Assembly: GCA_951406725.2 (NCBI GenBank)
Contig: OX597815.1
Span: 22,010,001 to 22,074,000, forward strand
Length of the DNA stretch: 64,000 nucleotides
DNA from: Octopus vulgaris
Lineage: Eukaryota
Direction: 5' to 3'
A program made the translations under genes and the position numbers. This document shows, piece by piece, positions 25,332 through 39,270 of the stretch (its first letter is position 1; the number at the start of each line of letters is the position of its first letter). The notes under the pieces were generated by a model. The model was not told the origin of the DNA. It did no database searches and was given only the letters and a program-made list of their open reading frames with translations.

Positions 25332-25769
25332 GTGTTTTGAAAGTACATCATTATTTTCCTTTCGTAATAGAAGAACGAGAAATATCTTAGAAAACGATCT
25401 TTAGAATGTGCGAGGCTGGTTGTTATCATTATTGTTATGATCATGAACATATCTTCAACAGACGCAAGTTTCTACAAAACAATAAGGGGCAGTCTGCGTT
25501 CTGGACGGGTGGGCAATATCGTCTTTTAGTATTGTTTAAATTGCATTTATATGTCATATCTGTTTTGTTATTTGGGACTTTGTTTTGTTGTCCCTGGTGA
25601 ACGTGCGAATAAAACGTTTACCTTAGTATGCGTTTTAAGCATTTGCGCGATGCACATAGAAAACTTCAAAGAAAATGATGAGGGAGTTGCTTAGGCTTAA
25701 ATAAAATGAGAAAAAGTATTGATGATAAAGTATTGATGAAGTATCTAAGAAAACAACTAACCCTCTTAC

Positions 25770-25804
25770 CCTGAAGATGCGGGCGGTATCAGCCATGTCC
25801 AATC
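25770..25804 (-). other. Candidate 35-nt first coding exon (MADTARIFR)
   Basis: Strong acceptor TTTTTCTCTTTTTATTTTTCAG, Kozak-like GACATGG (ATG at 25796-25794), and donor AGG|GTAAGA. Confidence 0.4.
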
Positions 25805-26586
25805 CTGAAAAATAAAAAGAGAAAAACTGCTTACGAGTGCTTTTGGATGCACGAAGTTTCAGCATGAGCAATGGAAGGGTGGAAAAGAGAAGGCAAACAA
25901 GAAATGTGAAGAGACGAAGCTCATCTCGCTCAGCGTCGAAATGAAATTTTACTGTGTATCACAAAATAAACAATGAATTGATAGGACTGTTAATCAAACC
26001 ATTTTAAGAAAGATAGAGTTGCAATGTTTTGAGGAGGAGGAGATCGGATCTGATTTTGTGGAACACCTACATTAACAGATTACTTGTATGTGTGCGTGTG
26101 TGTGTAGGTGTGTGTGTGTAGGTGTGCGTGTGTGTGTGTGCATATGTGGGTGTGCGTGTGTATGAAGATGTATGCATATGTGTTTATCCTATCATCCGGA
26201 GTACGGAGATTGTGTTTTTGCTTTTCGTCCTCGTATTATCATCGTGGTCATAATCTACTTATTCAATACTGAACACGGACCGCTACTATTAAAGTTCAAT
26301 AAAAACAAAGCCATAAATGACAACACGGAGGTTTTATATACGAGAGTCCTCTTCTGTTTTTTTTTTTTTTGCTGTTCTTGGCTGTAAATAATTAATAATC
26401 ATTTGCTATTGCAGTCAATCTACTGGATCTAATGATGATGTAAAAGACTTCATTGCATATCAGATCAACACTCAACGTGCACATTACCGCAATAACTCAT
26501 ATGCTTGTTGCACCACATGCAAATTTTACCGGAAATTGAAGATATGCATGGAATACACAGCGATGAAACATAATCAATATGTGTGC

Positions 26587-26625
<39 letters not shown>

Positions 26626-26689
26626 TGTATGTATATAAAAGATAAACTTGCTTGGAAATGGATACGTGGCATTCAGTCATATAGTAATA

Positions 26690-26730
<41 letters not shown>

Positions 26731-26754
26731 TATATACATACATATATGTACATA

Positions 26755-26810
<56 letters not shown>

Positions 26811-26832
26811 TGCAGACATAATATATATATAT

Positions 26833-27005
26833 AGGGAGAGTTTACGAAAAAAAATAAAAGACGAAGAAAGGTGGTGTACAAAACAAACAGATGTATTAGT
26901 ATAACGCTCAGAAATAGAAAAAGTCTTTTACGTTTTCAGCCTACGCTCTTCTGTAGAAATGGACACAGAAAAAAACAAGGAGAGAAACAAGGAGAGAAAA
27001 AAAGG
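26833..27005 (-). mobile_element. PLE-like remnant related to P1, with a decayed hammerhead-like motif
   Basis: Minus strand UUU-CUACAGA-A-GAGC(GUAG)GCU-GAAAACGUA-AAAG. Shares GTATTA..ACGCTCAG with P1 and follows (TA)n. Confidence 0.5.
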
Positions 27006-27008
27006 AGA

Positions 27009-27320
27009 GAAACAAATGGAAAGCAACGCAAGTTACATAAAGAACGACCCCTCATCAGTTGTCGGTTGTCTATCTACTCCTCATTTCGAGCATTTAACGA
27101 CAATATGAGGCTTCGAAAGGCAGTTGCTCCCGCAAACCAAAATAAAATTTGGGATTTGCGGACAACTGATGAGGGGTCATTCTTTATGTTACTTTATGTT
27201 ACTTGCGTTGTTTTCCATTTGTTTCTGTCGTTGTTTGCATACCCAAGTTTGTCTTCACATTTCATGTCTTCGTATTTCGTATTTCATGTTGTTCACGTTT
27301 TGTGACGTCCTGTACCCATA
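27009..27320. mobile_element. Fold-back repeat family P3 (55-bp inverted arms containing CTGATGAGGGG)
   Basis: Arms at 27009-27063 and 27161-27225. Inverted homologue at 30240-30392 (ATGGGTACAGGACGT...TTCATCAGCTGTC). Confidence 0.6.
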
Positions 27321-27323
27321 TAT

Positions 27324-27394
<71 letters not shown>

Positions 27395-27421
27395 CGCACA
27401 CACACACACACACACACATAT

Positions 27422-27568
27422 CTCTTTTTTCTCTTTTACTTGTTTCAGTCATTTGACTGCGGCCATGCTGGAGCACCGCCTTTAATCGAGCAACTCGACC
27501 CCGGGATTTATTCTTTTGTAAGCCCAGTACTTATTCTATCGGTCACTTTTGCCGAACCGCTAAGTGAC
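27422..27568 (-). mobile_element. SINE family B 3' fragment
   Basis: Family tail and body. Confidence 0.85.
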
Positions 27569-27835
27569 ATATATATGTATGTATATATATATATGTATGT
27601 ATATATGCATATGTATCTATTATATATATGCACACACACACACACACACATTTGAACGTGTTTGTGTATTATGTATGTGTATACGTCTGCGTGTGTCCAC
27701 TTGTGGGTGTGTTTGTATTATTGCGCATTAATTATAATGCATTATGCAATACTTGAACATTATCTCAAAATGTAAATAAAGCTCTTTCTGCCACTCTCTT
27801 ACACACACTCACACGCACACACATGCAAATAATAT

Positions 27836-29612
27836 ATACATACATACGTACATACATACATACATACGTACATACATACATACATACATACATACATACA
27901 TACATACATACATACATACATACGTACATACATACATACATACATACGTACATACATACATACATACATACATACATACGTACGTACATACATACATACA
28001 TACATACATACATACATACATACATACATACATACATACATACATACATACATACATACGTACGTACATACATACATACATACATACATACATTCATACA
28101 TACATGCATACATACATACATACATACATACATACATACATACATACATACATACATACATACATACATACATACATACATACATACATACATACATACA
28201 TACATACATACATACATACATACATACATACATACATACATACATACATAGATACATACATACATACATACATACATACATACATACATACATACATACA
28301 TAAATACGTACATACATACATACATACATACATACATACATACATACGTACGTACATACATACATACATACATACATACATACGTACATACATACATACA
28401 TACATACATACATACATACGTGCATACATACATACATACATACATACATACATACATACATACATACATACATACATACATACATACGTACATACATACA
28501 TACATACATACGTACGTACATACATACATACATACATACATACATACGTACATACATACATACATACATACATACATACATACATACGTACATACATACA
28601 TACATACATACATACATACGTACGTACATACATACATACATACATACATTCGTACGTACATACATACATACATACATACATACATACATACATACATACA
28701 TACATACGTACGTACGTACATACATACATACATACATACATACATACATACATACGTACATACATACATACATACATACATACATACGTACGTACGTACA
28801 TACATACATACATACATACATACATACATACATTCATACATACATACATACATACATACATACATACATACATACATACATACATACATACGTACGTACG
28901 TACGTACATACGTACGTACGTACGTACATACATACATACATACATACATACATACATACATACATACGTACATACATACATACATACGTACGTACATACA
29001 TACATAAATACATACATACATACATACATACATACATACATACATACGTACGTACATACATACATACATACATACATACATACATACATACATACGTACG
29101 TACATACATATATACGTACGTACATACATATATACGTACATACATACATACATACATACATACATGCATACATACATACATACATACATACATACATGCA
29201 TACGTACATACATACATACATACATACATACGTACATACATACATACGTACATACATACATACATACATACGTACATACATACATACGTACATACATACA
29301 TACGTACATACATACATACATACATACATACATACGTACATACATACATGCATACATACGTACGTACATACATACGTACATACATACATACATACATACG
29401 TACATACATACATACATACATACGTACGTACATACATACATACATGCATACGTACATACATACATACATACATACATACGTACATACATACATACATACA
29501 TACATACATACATACGTACATACGTACATACATATATACATACATACATACATACGTACATACATACATACGTACATACATACATACATACATACGTGCG
29601 TACATACATACA
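27836..29612. repeat. About 1.78-kb (TACA)n tetranucleotide array with TACG/TGCA variant units
   Basis: Read directly; source of the 614-, 517- and 509-aa YVCM/HTYI ORFs. Confidence 0.98.
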
Positions 29613-30022
29613 TATCTACTCATACATGCATATGTGAGTGTGTGTGTGTGTGTTTAACCAATCGAGTGAAGATGATTGTGAAAGTTTGTTACCAGTTGCA
29701 AGTTCGCTGATATATCAACAGCTTACATTTTTCACCACCCACGTTTAGGAAACGTATTCACGCTTATGAGTCTGTATCTGCGGGAGAAGTATCAACATAA
29801 TTGGTACCCTTCCTCAATTTTCTCGTTTACATGATAAACTGATTGCAATCAGCGTTTGTATGGCAGTAAATTTACCAGAAAAATAAAGAGATTATTGCTG
29901 GCCTAAAACCATTGATTTATTAAGTGTGTTTATGTACCGCGGAACTGTGAGGAAGTAGAGAAGTACATAAAATAACAAATATCTTTTAATTGCACACACA
30001 CACACATACACACACACACACA

Positions 30023-30087
<65 letters not shown>

Positions 30088-30146
30088 GTAAAGATAAAAC
30101 TTACTTGGAAATGGATGCGTGGCGTTCGATCATATAATAATATAAA

Positions 30147-30185
<39 letters not shown>

Positions 30186-30239
30186 TGTATAATACATATA
30201 TGTACATACCTACATATATATGTATATATATCATGCATA

Positions 30240-30392
30240 TATGGGTACAGGACGTAAAAAGACGTGGACAAAAGGAAAAACGTGAACACAAAAAAAAAAC
30301 GAACTTTTTTCGAAAAACGAAATAAATAAATAGAGAAACGAGACAGGCAACATATAAAACAATTCCTTCATCAGCTGTCCCCTGTTTTATCA
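30240..30392. mobile_element. Family P3 second copy (degraded)
   Basis: Reverse-complement similarity to 27160-27320. Confidence 0.55.
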
Positions 30393-30760
30393 GTCATTGT
30401 GGTGTAATTAAGAAGTTAGCTTCGCAATCTCGGGTTCAAACATCCTACATGGCACCTTTGGCAAATGTTTTCTACACTTCTACACTATGTTTCAAGCATA
30501 CAGTTATATATCCCACCTATTTTGCAGCAATATTACTCCCGATGCAGGCAATTTTTCATTATTCAAGTTATAGTCAGCTACCCATCTAATATTTTGCGTT
30601 TACTGCTCGTAGAGCAATTTTACAGGCATTCTTTAATTATTTTGAGAACTGATTGAGAGCCATCAATTCCTCAAACGACTAAAGAATGCTTGTAAATTTG
30701 CTCTACTTGCAGAAAATGCAAGGCATTGGATGGGGTGCTGAATGTTATAGTAATCTACAT

Positions 30761-30961
30761 CAGTGGTTTTCAACCAGGGTTCCGCCAGTACAGTCCAAGG
30801 GTTCCGCAAGAAGTTACAAAACTGCTAAAATCGGCAGTAATTTTTAAGTCTCCTGTGCAGATATGTGTGCATAAGACTATTAAATTATTGCACAGGGGTT
30901 CCTCGAGCCGGTGGAATGTTTCCTTGGGGTTCCGCTCCAGCAAAAAGTTTGAAAAGCACAG
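30761..30961. mobile_element. hAT-superfamily MITE (201 bp)
   Basis: TIRs CAGTGGTTTTCAAC / TTTGAAAAGCACAG, perfect 8-bp TSD ATCTACAT (30753-30760 and 30962-30969), and repeated GGGTTCC subterminal motifs. Confidence 0.9.
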
Positions 30962-31605
30962 ATCTACATAATGGAAAATTATGCATACTCTTCCCTCTGA
31001 TAATGAGTACTCTCTTCCCTGTTCGTCCTAGGTACTCCTTCACACGTACATATGGCGTGTGCGCTCATAGGGGTGGGTTTCTATACATACAGCAAAAACA
31101 CAGGCTAATATACTTGGTGCGAAGAGCGGAAAATGATTTTAAATCTAATTACATTATAACCGTAATGAGAAAAATGTTAATTATCGTTAATGAAAATTAC
31201 TTTCATAGAGAGATATCAGGAAATTCATCAAAAATCAAATTGAGATATTGAAAGGTTTGGTGAATCTGATCATTAGCAGCTATGGTGACAACTCCAGTCA
31301 CGTTTCGATCTTCTTATTACAGTATATTCAACATTTGAGTGACTTCATTAGAGAACGCATTGGATAGCATATAATTTTGGTGTAAACCTTATTCACTGAT
31401 TAGGTAATTAAAAAATAATCCTTAAATTTCCCACCGTTTCCTTCTGCATAACGCACTTGAGGTAATGAGTACAGGATTATTTTTAATCTAGTGAAAGTAT
31501 GTAGCCTCTACTTAAATATATACCCGTGAAATTTCCCTGCGTATGTCTGCGGATGGTTAAATCACAAGATAACATACAAATGTACACATTGCTGAAAACT
31601 AAGGA

Positions 31606-31688
<83 letters not shown>

Positions 31689-32118
31689 CTCTGTCACTCT
31701 GTCTGGTTATCTTTCTACATATCGAATTGTGTATGTGTGTATGTGTGTGGGGTATGTGTGTGTATATATGTATATATATATATGTATGTGTGTGTGTGCA
31801 ACTTCTTGAGATGAAAATTATGTAATAAATTTTCATTATAAACACCTTTCTGTTTTAAAACACCGTATCTTGATTGGTTTATGTGAGGTGGTCGAAAACA
31901 TTCGCACGGGCACTTTGGCGGTGGTGGGGGGAAGTCGGCTAGCGTCTTCCCCTCTCATTCAGAACCCCTACTACAAATTATAATAATTAAGTATGGAAAT
32001 GACTCCAACAGGGCCAATGTTTCATCTGTAAAAAACGCGATGCGAAACCTCCACTTATAAGGTGGAAATTAGTAGAAATTTGCAATATGTTAAAGTGACC
32101 GAATACTTTTGCACAGTA

Positions 32119-32171
<53 letters not shown>

Positions 32172-32175
<4 letters not shown>

Positions 32176-32290
32176 TGATCACGTGACCAACCAGGCTATC
32201 AGATGTTGCTACACATCGCTGGTCACAATGCGCGTCGCATTGTTTTAGCCTTCAAATGACTCCACACCGCTGGCTAAGCGAGCAGGCCAA
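32172..32290 (-). mobile_element. About 110-bp (TA)n-embedded element, copy 2
   Basis: Inverted homologue of 9595-9705. Confidence 0.7.
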
Positions 32291-32316
32291 AATATGTATA
32301 TATATATATATGTATG

Positions 32317-32347
<31 letters not shown>

Positions 32348-33011
32348 ATATGTATGTATGCATGTATGTATGTATAAATATATGTGTATGTGTGTATGTA
32401 TGTATATATACACACACGTGCACGTAAATATCACATATAGGAAAGAAAGCAAAACGTTTAAATATTATTGGTGTACTGGTGGAAATATACGTATAATTCA
32501 AACTTACTGAATGCATATAAATAACGGTATGTTTTAAAAATCAGTAAAAATCCGCCCATTTTTTTTGCTTTTCTGTTTCTTTGTTATATTTTATAGATTA
32601 CCGTTCCTTTCCTGTCGTTCTGTATCATCCTTTTATAATATTTCTTCAATTTTGATACCTACGTCTGCAGTCTGTTTGCATTGATCGCCAAGTTACTATT
32701 CAAATTTGCCTTATTGATAAACAAAGCACAAATGCTGGATAAGTTTGTTAAATCGCCCATCTCAAAGCTGACTAGATTTTGACATTCGAACATATATCTG
32801 CAGCAGAGGCAAATATTAGTGTCTCTATGAATATGACCTTAAAACTTAAAGTGATGTTGTGGAAGGGATTAATTTATTCATACGGCCGACATTAACCAGA
32901 CTAAAATATCTTAAAACCATGACATTCTCATTTTACGCTTATTTGGAGATTACCCTTCTATCATTTAAAAAAAAAATCTATGTATATATGTATGGCAATC
33001 TGTATGTATGC

Positions 33012-33099
<88 letters not shown>

Positions 33100-33100
<1 letters not shown>

Positions 33101-33137
33101 GTCTGTGTGCAGCCCTGTGTGGCTAATAAAGAAACAT
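33100..33137 (+). mobile_element. 38-bp extreme 3' end of the Tx1-like LINE, inside (ATCT)n
   Basis: TCTGTGTGCAGCCCTGTGTGGCTAATAAAGAAACAT is identical to the 3' end at about 45016-45050; (ATCT)n on both sides. Confidence 0.85.
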
Positions 33138-33168
33138 ATCTATCTATCTAGCTAGCGAGCTATCTAAA

Positions 33169-33237
<69 letters not shown>

Positions 33238-34105
33238 GTTTGAAAATATACAAAAGCATCTTTTATATAAATGCGTTTGTTTCTTTGCATCCTTCTCAGT
33301 ACCTCACACTGTTACTGTCTTTTTTCTCTCTCCAGCTTTCTCTCATTCTATCTCTATATTAAAATTTACGTTGCTGTCGGTGCACAATTCCAGGATTCCC
33401 GTGTTAATAAATGATGGCTGCTGTCGCTAATGCATACATTCATACAAATGAACACACACACGTACACACCCATAATTGAATGAATGAATATTTTCATTCT
33501 CATATCTGAGACACATCCGCCATTCTCTGCCAAACAGTATGTGTTCGTGCTGCACCGCACACTGCCAAGGTTTTTGTCGATCAGTATTTGATGTCACTGC
33601 TTTGCCTTCGTCTTCGTCGCCCATGAGCCTGTAATTCTCCCGCCGAGCCCCAACAGATCTACCCTCACATAACCAGGCCAAAATATTGCCGTTTTCGCCG
33701 TTTGGCACCCTTCACAAGAATTAGATCCGCTCTCATCTTCTCCCATACATAATCAGATGTTTACAAACATTCGGATGGAAGAAATACTGCCATTTTGTCA
33801 CATATTGTGACTATTCACTGCAGGTGCAATAAAATATCTTCGTCTGGTAAACACGACCCCTAGAATTTTGAACAGGTGTTCGGAAAGGTCATCGTCGTCC
33901 AGTCTTTGTCACCCGCAAGCCCGCTTACTGTCTTCCCAGCCTCAGTGGCTCAAACCCTTAACGAGTAATACTTCCTTTAAAATTAGCTGTTTAGAGCTTA
34001 TGTTAGAGTCGATTATTATCAGGCTTTCAACAATGCTATTGCGGCTTTCTACTGTATTACAGATGTACATCTGTCTTCCAGAGGCGGGTGCAGTATTGTA
34101 ACATT

Positions 34106-34500
34106 GTTAGTTAGTTAGTTAATTTTTCGGCTCAAAAAGCAAAAAGCAAGGCCATGTAGGGGGACAGGGAGTTATGTACAAGGAGGGTGGTCATACAAAG
34201 AGTTCAGGTCATTTCTGGTCAAGAGAGACTTTGAACCGAGCGGTCGTCGGCATCTTAACTATCTCGTCCGGCAGCTTATTCCACGGATCCGCAACCCGGA
34301 CGGAGAAAGCCCCTCTCCTTCGATTGAGATGAAATCGTCGCAGATAGGGCTTTTCGGAGTGACCCCGCAGCCGACGCTCTGGAGCAGGAGTGAAGAACAG
34401 CTCTTTCGAGAGGTTACACTTTCCGCTTATGATGTTGTGAGCAAGAATAAGATCACCACGGCGTCGTCGTTTTTCTAGAGAATAAAGGTCGAGCGTCTTC
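34106..34500 (-). mobile_element. CR1-clade LINE, 5'-truncated 3' end
   Basis: LDLYSLEKRRRRGDLI...RLRGHSEK...FSVRVADPWNKLPDEIV...FKVSLD is a typical CR1 ORF2 C-terminus; (CTAA)n tail. Confidence 0.92.
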
Positions 34501-35449
34501 ATCGGGTTTGCTTTTGTTTGTGATTTCTTTTAATGTTTCTGGTAATATTTTACGGTTTCATCAGGTGCGTAATTAATACGTGCAGTACGAATTGTTTTTT
34601 TTTTGTTGGGTGTTGTTTGGGTTTCGTGTTTACTGAGTAATTAGTGTGAGGTATTTTGGTGCCGGATAGTAATTGTGCAGCTTATGTGATACGTCGGTTG
34701 TGGCATATTAAAGCAGTTGTGTAAGCTTTGTGTTGTGTTAGCAGGTGCGATAATATAGGGTATCGATTAATTGTATGCATTGCTATTTTATTGAATAGTG
34801 ATTACGTAGATATCTACTGTGTGTGTGTGTTTTATATTGTATGGTACTTATTCCATAGGACTCGTGAACTATATTATTTTACTGGGTTTTATTGTATAGT
34901 ATATGTGTTATGTGCAGAGAGTATATGTTGTACTATTGAATTAAAACACTCACTGTCTATAAATGCTGCATATTGTTTAGTATATTCTACTTGTTGACCA
35001 TATATGTGCCAAATTAATTAAGCAATATTGATTAAGGTTTTGAAAGTTGTGCCAAGATAAGCAAAAGGAACACTTAGAATTAAAATTGTTGTGAACATCC
35101 ACTCTAAACGCATTATAACACTACCTCCATTAAAGTAATCATCAAAGCACTCGTTCTTTCATAGCATAATCATCATCATTAGTATCACTGCATCGCATGT
35201 ATATGTACCACAATAATATGCAGCAGGTAGACATGCTGGAAACAGCGATCAAATCTCACTTATATCACACCCTTCTGTTTTAGAGAAGAAAAGATACTTT
35301 GGATAATGTAGCCATATATATGTCAAAATACGAAGAAAAATTAAGCTTAAATGTGGTCACAGAATGCGATGCTAATACAAAGATAACCATAATATGGAAA
35401 AGAAAACTAAAATGATCCTTATGATAACATGTATCCTGGGAATGATTTT

Positions 35450-35870
35450 AAATACCATGGCGACAAATACATAATTAAAATAACCAGACATAAAATATGC
35501 ACAGTATATAGAAAATACAGAGTACTTATAAGCATTATATGCATATTACGCAGATTACAATAGAAAATCGAAATCGAAAACGACACAATTCACTTCTCCA
35601 AAGTACGCAGAGTGTTGTGCTCAATAGTGCAGTGAAAGAGTGTTATAAATATAAGACTGACAAAGAGCTGAAAGGAAAATATTCAGGTATAATTATCAAG
35701 GCCTGGAACAAATATTTCTGTAACCTCAGAGACATCTTCTTCCTTTCCGACAAAATAATCGCTCGGAAACTTAGAATAATGTCATGGATATTGAAACTGA
35801 AACATTAAAATGTTGGATATGAAACTAAAAGAGTATATGATTCGATTTCTGGGTACAAGTAAAATATAAA
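35450..35870 (+). mobile_element. Highly degraded RLE-type (R4/Dong-like) LINE fragment
   Basis: Residual peptides RKRHNS, CYKYKTDKEL and GIIIKAWNKYFCNLRDIFFLSDKIIARK echo the RLE domain at 52163-52504. Confidence 0.4.
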
Positions 35871-36549
35871 AGCATGTCAGAGTCGCAGCCCCTCTGCTAG
35901 ACACAGCTCCTCTCTGCTAGACACAATCCTTATCCTACACAAGACGCCTTCATTTCAATAGCACACAATTTCAGAGAGCATTGTCTTCATGCAAGCCAGC
36001 CTATCATAATCCAATAAAATAGGATAACTGATATGACACAAACCTAAATTATCACCAGACAACATAACGCAATAAATGCAGCGCACCAAAGTCAATAAAA
36101 ACATTACACAATCACCAACCGATATCATAACGCACAACCAGCCATTAATATCATACTACTCAGGTGTAAGCTGAAATTTGGTGCGTTTAAAGTCAGCATG
36201 TAATTGGGTGTAACTTAAAAACTGGAAAGCATTTTGATTATGATAATACATATGAGAGTGTATTATTCTTTGTGTATATGATTAATAAAGACAGGATTAA
36301 AGCAATTTCCTTTGTGTGTGGTTCAGGTTTGCTGGCCTTCTTGAATGTGGTTCAACTTTATATAGACTCAAAATCAAAATTCCCAAGATGTTAACTCTGG
36401 GTTTATTAACGATCATTCATATTTCTTTGCAAGAAGGCTAATCTTCAGAAGACTTTCGCAAATGTTTTCATTGGATAGACAATGTATATAATAGAACAAA
36501 GATAATTTCGCCTCCATATTCAGCCTATTGTGTTAATAGTATTGAATTA

Positions 36550-36783
36550 AGGCAGCGAGCTGGCAGAAACGTTAGCACGCCGGGTGAAATGCGTAGCCGT
36601 ATTTCGTCTGCCGTTACGTTCTGAGTTCAAATTCCGCCGAGGTCGGCTTTGCCTTTTCATTCTTTCGGGGTCGATTAAATAAGTACCAGCTACGCACTGG
36701 GGTCGATATAATCGACTTAATCCGTTTGTCTGTCCTTGTTTGTCCTCTCTGTGTTTAGCTCTTTGTGGGTAGTAAAGAAATAG
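36550..36783 (+). mobile_element. SINE family A monomer
   Basis: Complete unit with imperfect TSD GTMTTGAATT. Confidence 0.92.
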
Positions 36784-37723
36784 GTCTTGAATTGTCGGTG
36801 ATAATGTTGATCATTTACTTAAAATTTTGATTAAAATAACAATTTTTGTGATTGAAAATAATTCAATCTAAGAAACAACACTTCCCGTAATACAAAGTGA
36901 GCTTTGGTGAAATAATAGGTTCTGACAGCGTATTTTATTGCATGTTAATTCTATGCAAAATCAGAATTTTTAAAAAGCTGCTTATTGATACAAAAAGACA
37001 AACCTTTGTCATAATTCTCTTTCGTTAACTGAAGAAAGGGATTGGATCAGTTGAGACAGATGGGTTAGTATAATAGTTTATACCATTTCCTTCTACTTTG
37101 AAGCCTGGCCTATATTAGAAACTCACACTGATACACACTAGTTTTTTTTTGTGCAATAATATATCGTCTACTCCAGTTAGCTGCTCCAATTGTCTTTATT
37201 CTTATAATTTTGTTTCTGCTATAATTTAAGTCTAAAGTTGTTCTGTCAAACATAACAACGAAGCTTTTCATTTAAGTATGTGATACCACTGTAGCATTTC
37301 CTTTTGTTAATACCTATCGGAAATTGTGTAAATATTCTTGAATGCAACCTCCACTTTTTCGTAAAACAACGCATATAATAACGTGAGGTTTATGAAAACC
37401 TATCTTGATATTATACTAAAAAGTATATAAAAATACTAATTAATATGCAAACACAGTCTTCTGTATTAAATGAATTCAATGGCTAATGGGTTTCGAGATT
37501 TTTGTCCAAGTTGAGATGTAATTTATTTTCTGACACCTGAATCGAAAACATTATCTATTTTGAATTAAAGAGAAACTGTTTTTGTTATGTGACAAGAAGA
37601 GCGGACGAACTGATAATGCTTGGTTTTGGTTTTATTATTAAATATGCATTTATCAGTTCAAGCATTTAACTTTTTAAGACAATAACGTCTTCCCTGCATG
37701 ATACTCGTATATATGTATGTATG

Positions 37724-38295
<572 letters not shown>

Positions 38296-38382
38296 TAACC
38301 ATTCAACAGACCTCAGGTTGCACTAGAAACTTTTAAACTTCTCCGAAACTATATAAAACCAAGATGAACTTAAGTGAATTAC

Positions 38383-38423
38383 AGTCCGATGATGACTTTA
38401 CTGGCCGAAATTTCGAAGTCGCT
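38383..38423 (+). ncRNA. Degenerate minimal hammerhead in a (TA)n-flanked element (about 38297-38525)
   Basis: AGU-CCGAUGA-U-GAC(UUUACUG)GCC-GAAA-UUUCGAAG-UC-GCU: near-palindromic stem III, GUC triplet and one stem-II mismatch. Confidence 0.45.
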
Positions 38424-38527
38424 CTCAGTACTATTCTTGTTAAAGAATGATAAATTTGTACTCTACCAAAGATACTGAGAATTCCTTCCAGTTAGTGTAA
38501 AACTATTTTTATTATAACATAAAAATG

Positions 38528-38574
<47 letters not shown>

Positions 38575-38576
38575 TG

Positions 38577-38662
<86 letters not shown>

Positions 38663-38784
38663 CACTTTAAAGCATATTACTCTACCTCCGGTATTCGGGC
38701 ACTATTTTTCCATCTTGTTTCATATTTATGTGCTTACTCTGGTACATATATATATATATAAATATATATAAATACATATATATA

Positions 38785-38825
<41 letters not shown>

Positions 38826-38839
38826 ATGACATCCCAAAT

Positions 38840-39270
38840 TAAACATCTCCACACACAACCCTCTTAACAATGAAACCTTCGACGCCATCCTTCAAAACAT
38901 TCCCCTGCTAAAAAAGGACCACAGAATGAACTTAATCCTCCATACACACACCATCAAAAAAGCAAGAGACAACCCAAATCTAGGAAAAGTCTCCTAACAC
39001 AAGCCCGAATACACTCACCAACACAGAAGCCGTCAGCAAAAAAAAAAAATATGCGGAAGACCCAACAGTGGGATATGCGTTAATTTAATTGAGGGGTCAG
39101 AGTTCTTCTTCAAACATGGACAATGTTTCACAGTGAAAAGCAGCTTCACATGTGCTTCGGAGAACCTGATATACGTGCTAACCAACTCTGGGTGTCAAGA
39201 GCAATCCATAGGCCAAACAAAAAAAACACTCTACGTCAAAGGATGGCTCTGCACAGATCCCAGATAAAAA
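38840..39270 (+). mobile_element. Penelope-like element ORF relic: linker, Cys-rich segment and GIY-YIG endonuclease (Neptune-type)
   Basis: Across frameshifts: STHNP...SKRQPKSRKSLLTQAR...CGRPNSGIC...FTVKSSFTCASENLIYVLTNSGCQEQSIGQTKKT / LRQRMALHRSQIK. Confidence 0.88.

Noticed and set aside
25805-25834. 30-nt GT-AG micro-intron upstream of the ATG exon
   Set aside because: Too short for normal metazoan splicing; more likely a chance or alternative donor.
27765-29710. Long ORFs of 614, 517 and 509 aa
   Set aside because: Translations of (TACA)n, which has no stop codons; no coding evidence.
32095-32122. Tc1-like TIR end (GAATACTTTTGCACAGTAGTA)
   Set aside because: No partner TIR or transposase sequence found.
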